Source: Macrostomum hystrix
Lineage: Eukaryota; Animalia; Platyhelminthes
DNA: 64,000 nt
Direction: 5' to 3'
Assembly: GCA_950097015.1 (NCBI GenBank)
Contig: CATNEN010000014.1
Coordinates: forward strand, 620,001 to 684,000
Position 1 is the first letter of the stretch; every line of letters begins with the position of its first letter. The notes beneath the pieces were generated by a model. It saw only the letters and a list, made by a program, of their open reading frames with translations. It was not told the DNA's origin and did no database searches. Positions 62,774 to 64,000 of this stretch are shown here, piece by piece. A program made the position numbers and the translations under genes.

Positions 62774-64000
62774 AATGAACCCCCAGTTGACAATGATCCC
62801 CCAGTTGACAATGATCCCCCAGTTGACAATGAACCCCCAGTTGACAATGAACCCCCAGTTGACAACGATCCCCCAGTTGACAATGATCCCCCATTTGACA
62901 ATGATCCCCCAGTTGACAATGATCCCACAGTTGACAATGATCCCCCAGTTGACAAAGATCCCCCAGTTCACAATGATCACCCAGTTGATGATGATCCCCC
63001 AGTTGATGATGATCCCCCAGTTGAAAATGATCCCCCAGTTGACAATGATCCCCCAGTTGACAATGATCCCCCAGTTAACAAAGATCCCCCAGTTCACAAT
63101 GATCCCCCAGTTGATGAAGTCTCCCCATTGATGATGATCCCCAGTTAACAATGTTCCTCCATTTGACAATGTTCCCCCAGTTGACAATGATCCCCCAGTT
63201 GATGATGATCACCCAGTTGACAATGATCCCCCAGTTGACAATGATCCCCCAGTTGACAATGATCCCCCAGTTGACAATGATCCTCCAGTTGATGATGATC
63301 CCCCAGTTGAAAATGATCCCCCAGTTGACAATGATCCCCCAGTTGAGAATGATCCCCCAGTTGACAATGATCCCCCAGTTAACAAAGATCCCCCAGTTCA
63401 CAATGGTCCCCCAGTTGATGAAGTCTCCCCATTGATGATGATCCCTAGTTAACAATGTTCCTCCAGTTGACAATGTTCCCCCAGTTGACAATGACCCCCC
63501 AGTTGACAACGATCCCCCAGTTGACAATGATCCCCCAGTTGACAATGATCCCCCAGTTGACAATGATCCCACAGTATACAATGATCCCCCAGTTGACAAA
63601 GATCCCCCAGTTCACAATGATCCCCCAGTTGACAAAGATCCCCCAGTTCTCAATGATCCCCCAGTTGATGATGATCCCCAGTTGATGATGATTCCCCAGT
63701 TGACAATTATCCCCCAGTTGACCATTACCCCCCAGTTGACAATGATCTCTCAGTTCACAATGATCCCCCAGTTGACAATGATCCCCCAGTTGACAATGAA
63801 CCCCCAGTTGACAATGAACCCCCAGTTGACAAAGATCCCCCAGTTGACAATGATCCCCCATTTGACAATGATCCCCCAGTTGACAATGATCCCCCAGTTG
63901 ACAATGATCCCCCAGTTGACAATGATCCCCCAGTTGACAATGATCCCCCAGTCGACAATTATCCCCCAGTTTACCATGATCCCCCAGTTCACCATGATCC
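62774..64000. repeat. 18-bp minisatellite ATCCCCCAGTTGACAATG, running off the window end
   Basis: Tandem units; ORFs of the (MIPQLT)n type are artefacts. Confidence 0.98.

Noticed and set aside
62669-63995. (NWGIIV)n and (MIPQLT)n ORFs
   Set aside because: 18-bp repeat artefacts; no unique coding flanks.

Overview
Eukaryotic, intron-rich and very repeat-rich animal DNA. The minisatellite-filled introns, WSC/PAN proteins and TE set resemble a Macrostomum-like flatworm (inference only). Most long ORFs in the six-frame track are artefacts of tandem repeats. I reconstructed spliced genes by hand using GT-AG junctions and phase. Recognisable genes: CDC45 (-, 8 coding exons), RNF103 (-), a MiT/TFE bHLH-Zip factor (-) and CRIPT (-). 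Unnamed genes: a secreted WSC+PAN-like protein (-) with a broken tandem paralog, a pseudokinase (+), a small coiled-coil ORF (-), and two convergent secreted proteins that share motifs. Mobile DNA: a very young BEL/Pao element (apparently identical 313-bp LTRs, 5-bp TSD, large in-frame deletion), a truncated Gypsy, a LINE 3' fragment, a Merlin remnant plus a deletion derivative, three tRNA-SINE copies, a hAT/Charlie MITE, two CCC..GGG MITEs and a long-TIR MITE. There are about 20 unrelated tandem arrays. No prokaryotic-type system, CRISPR array, rRNA or intact tRNA gene is supported.
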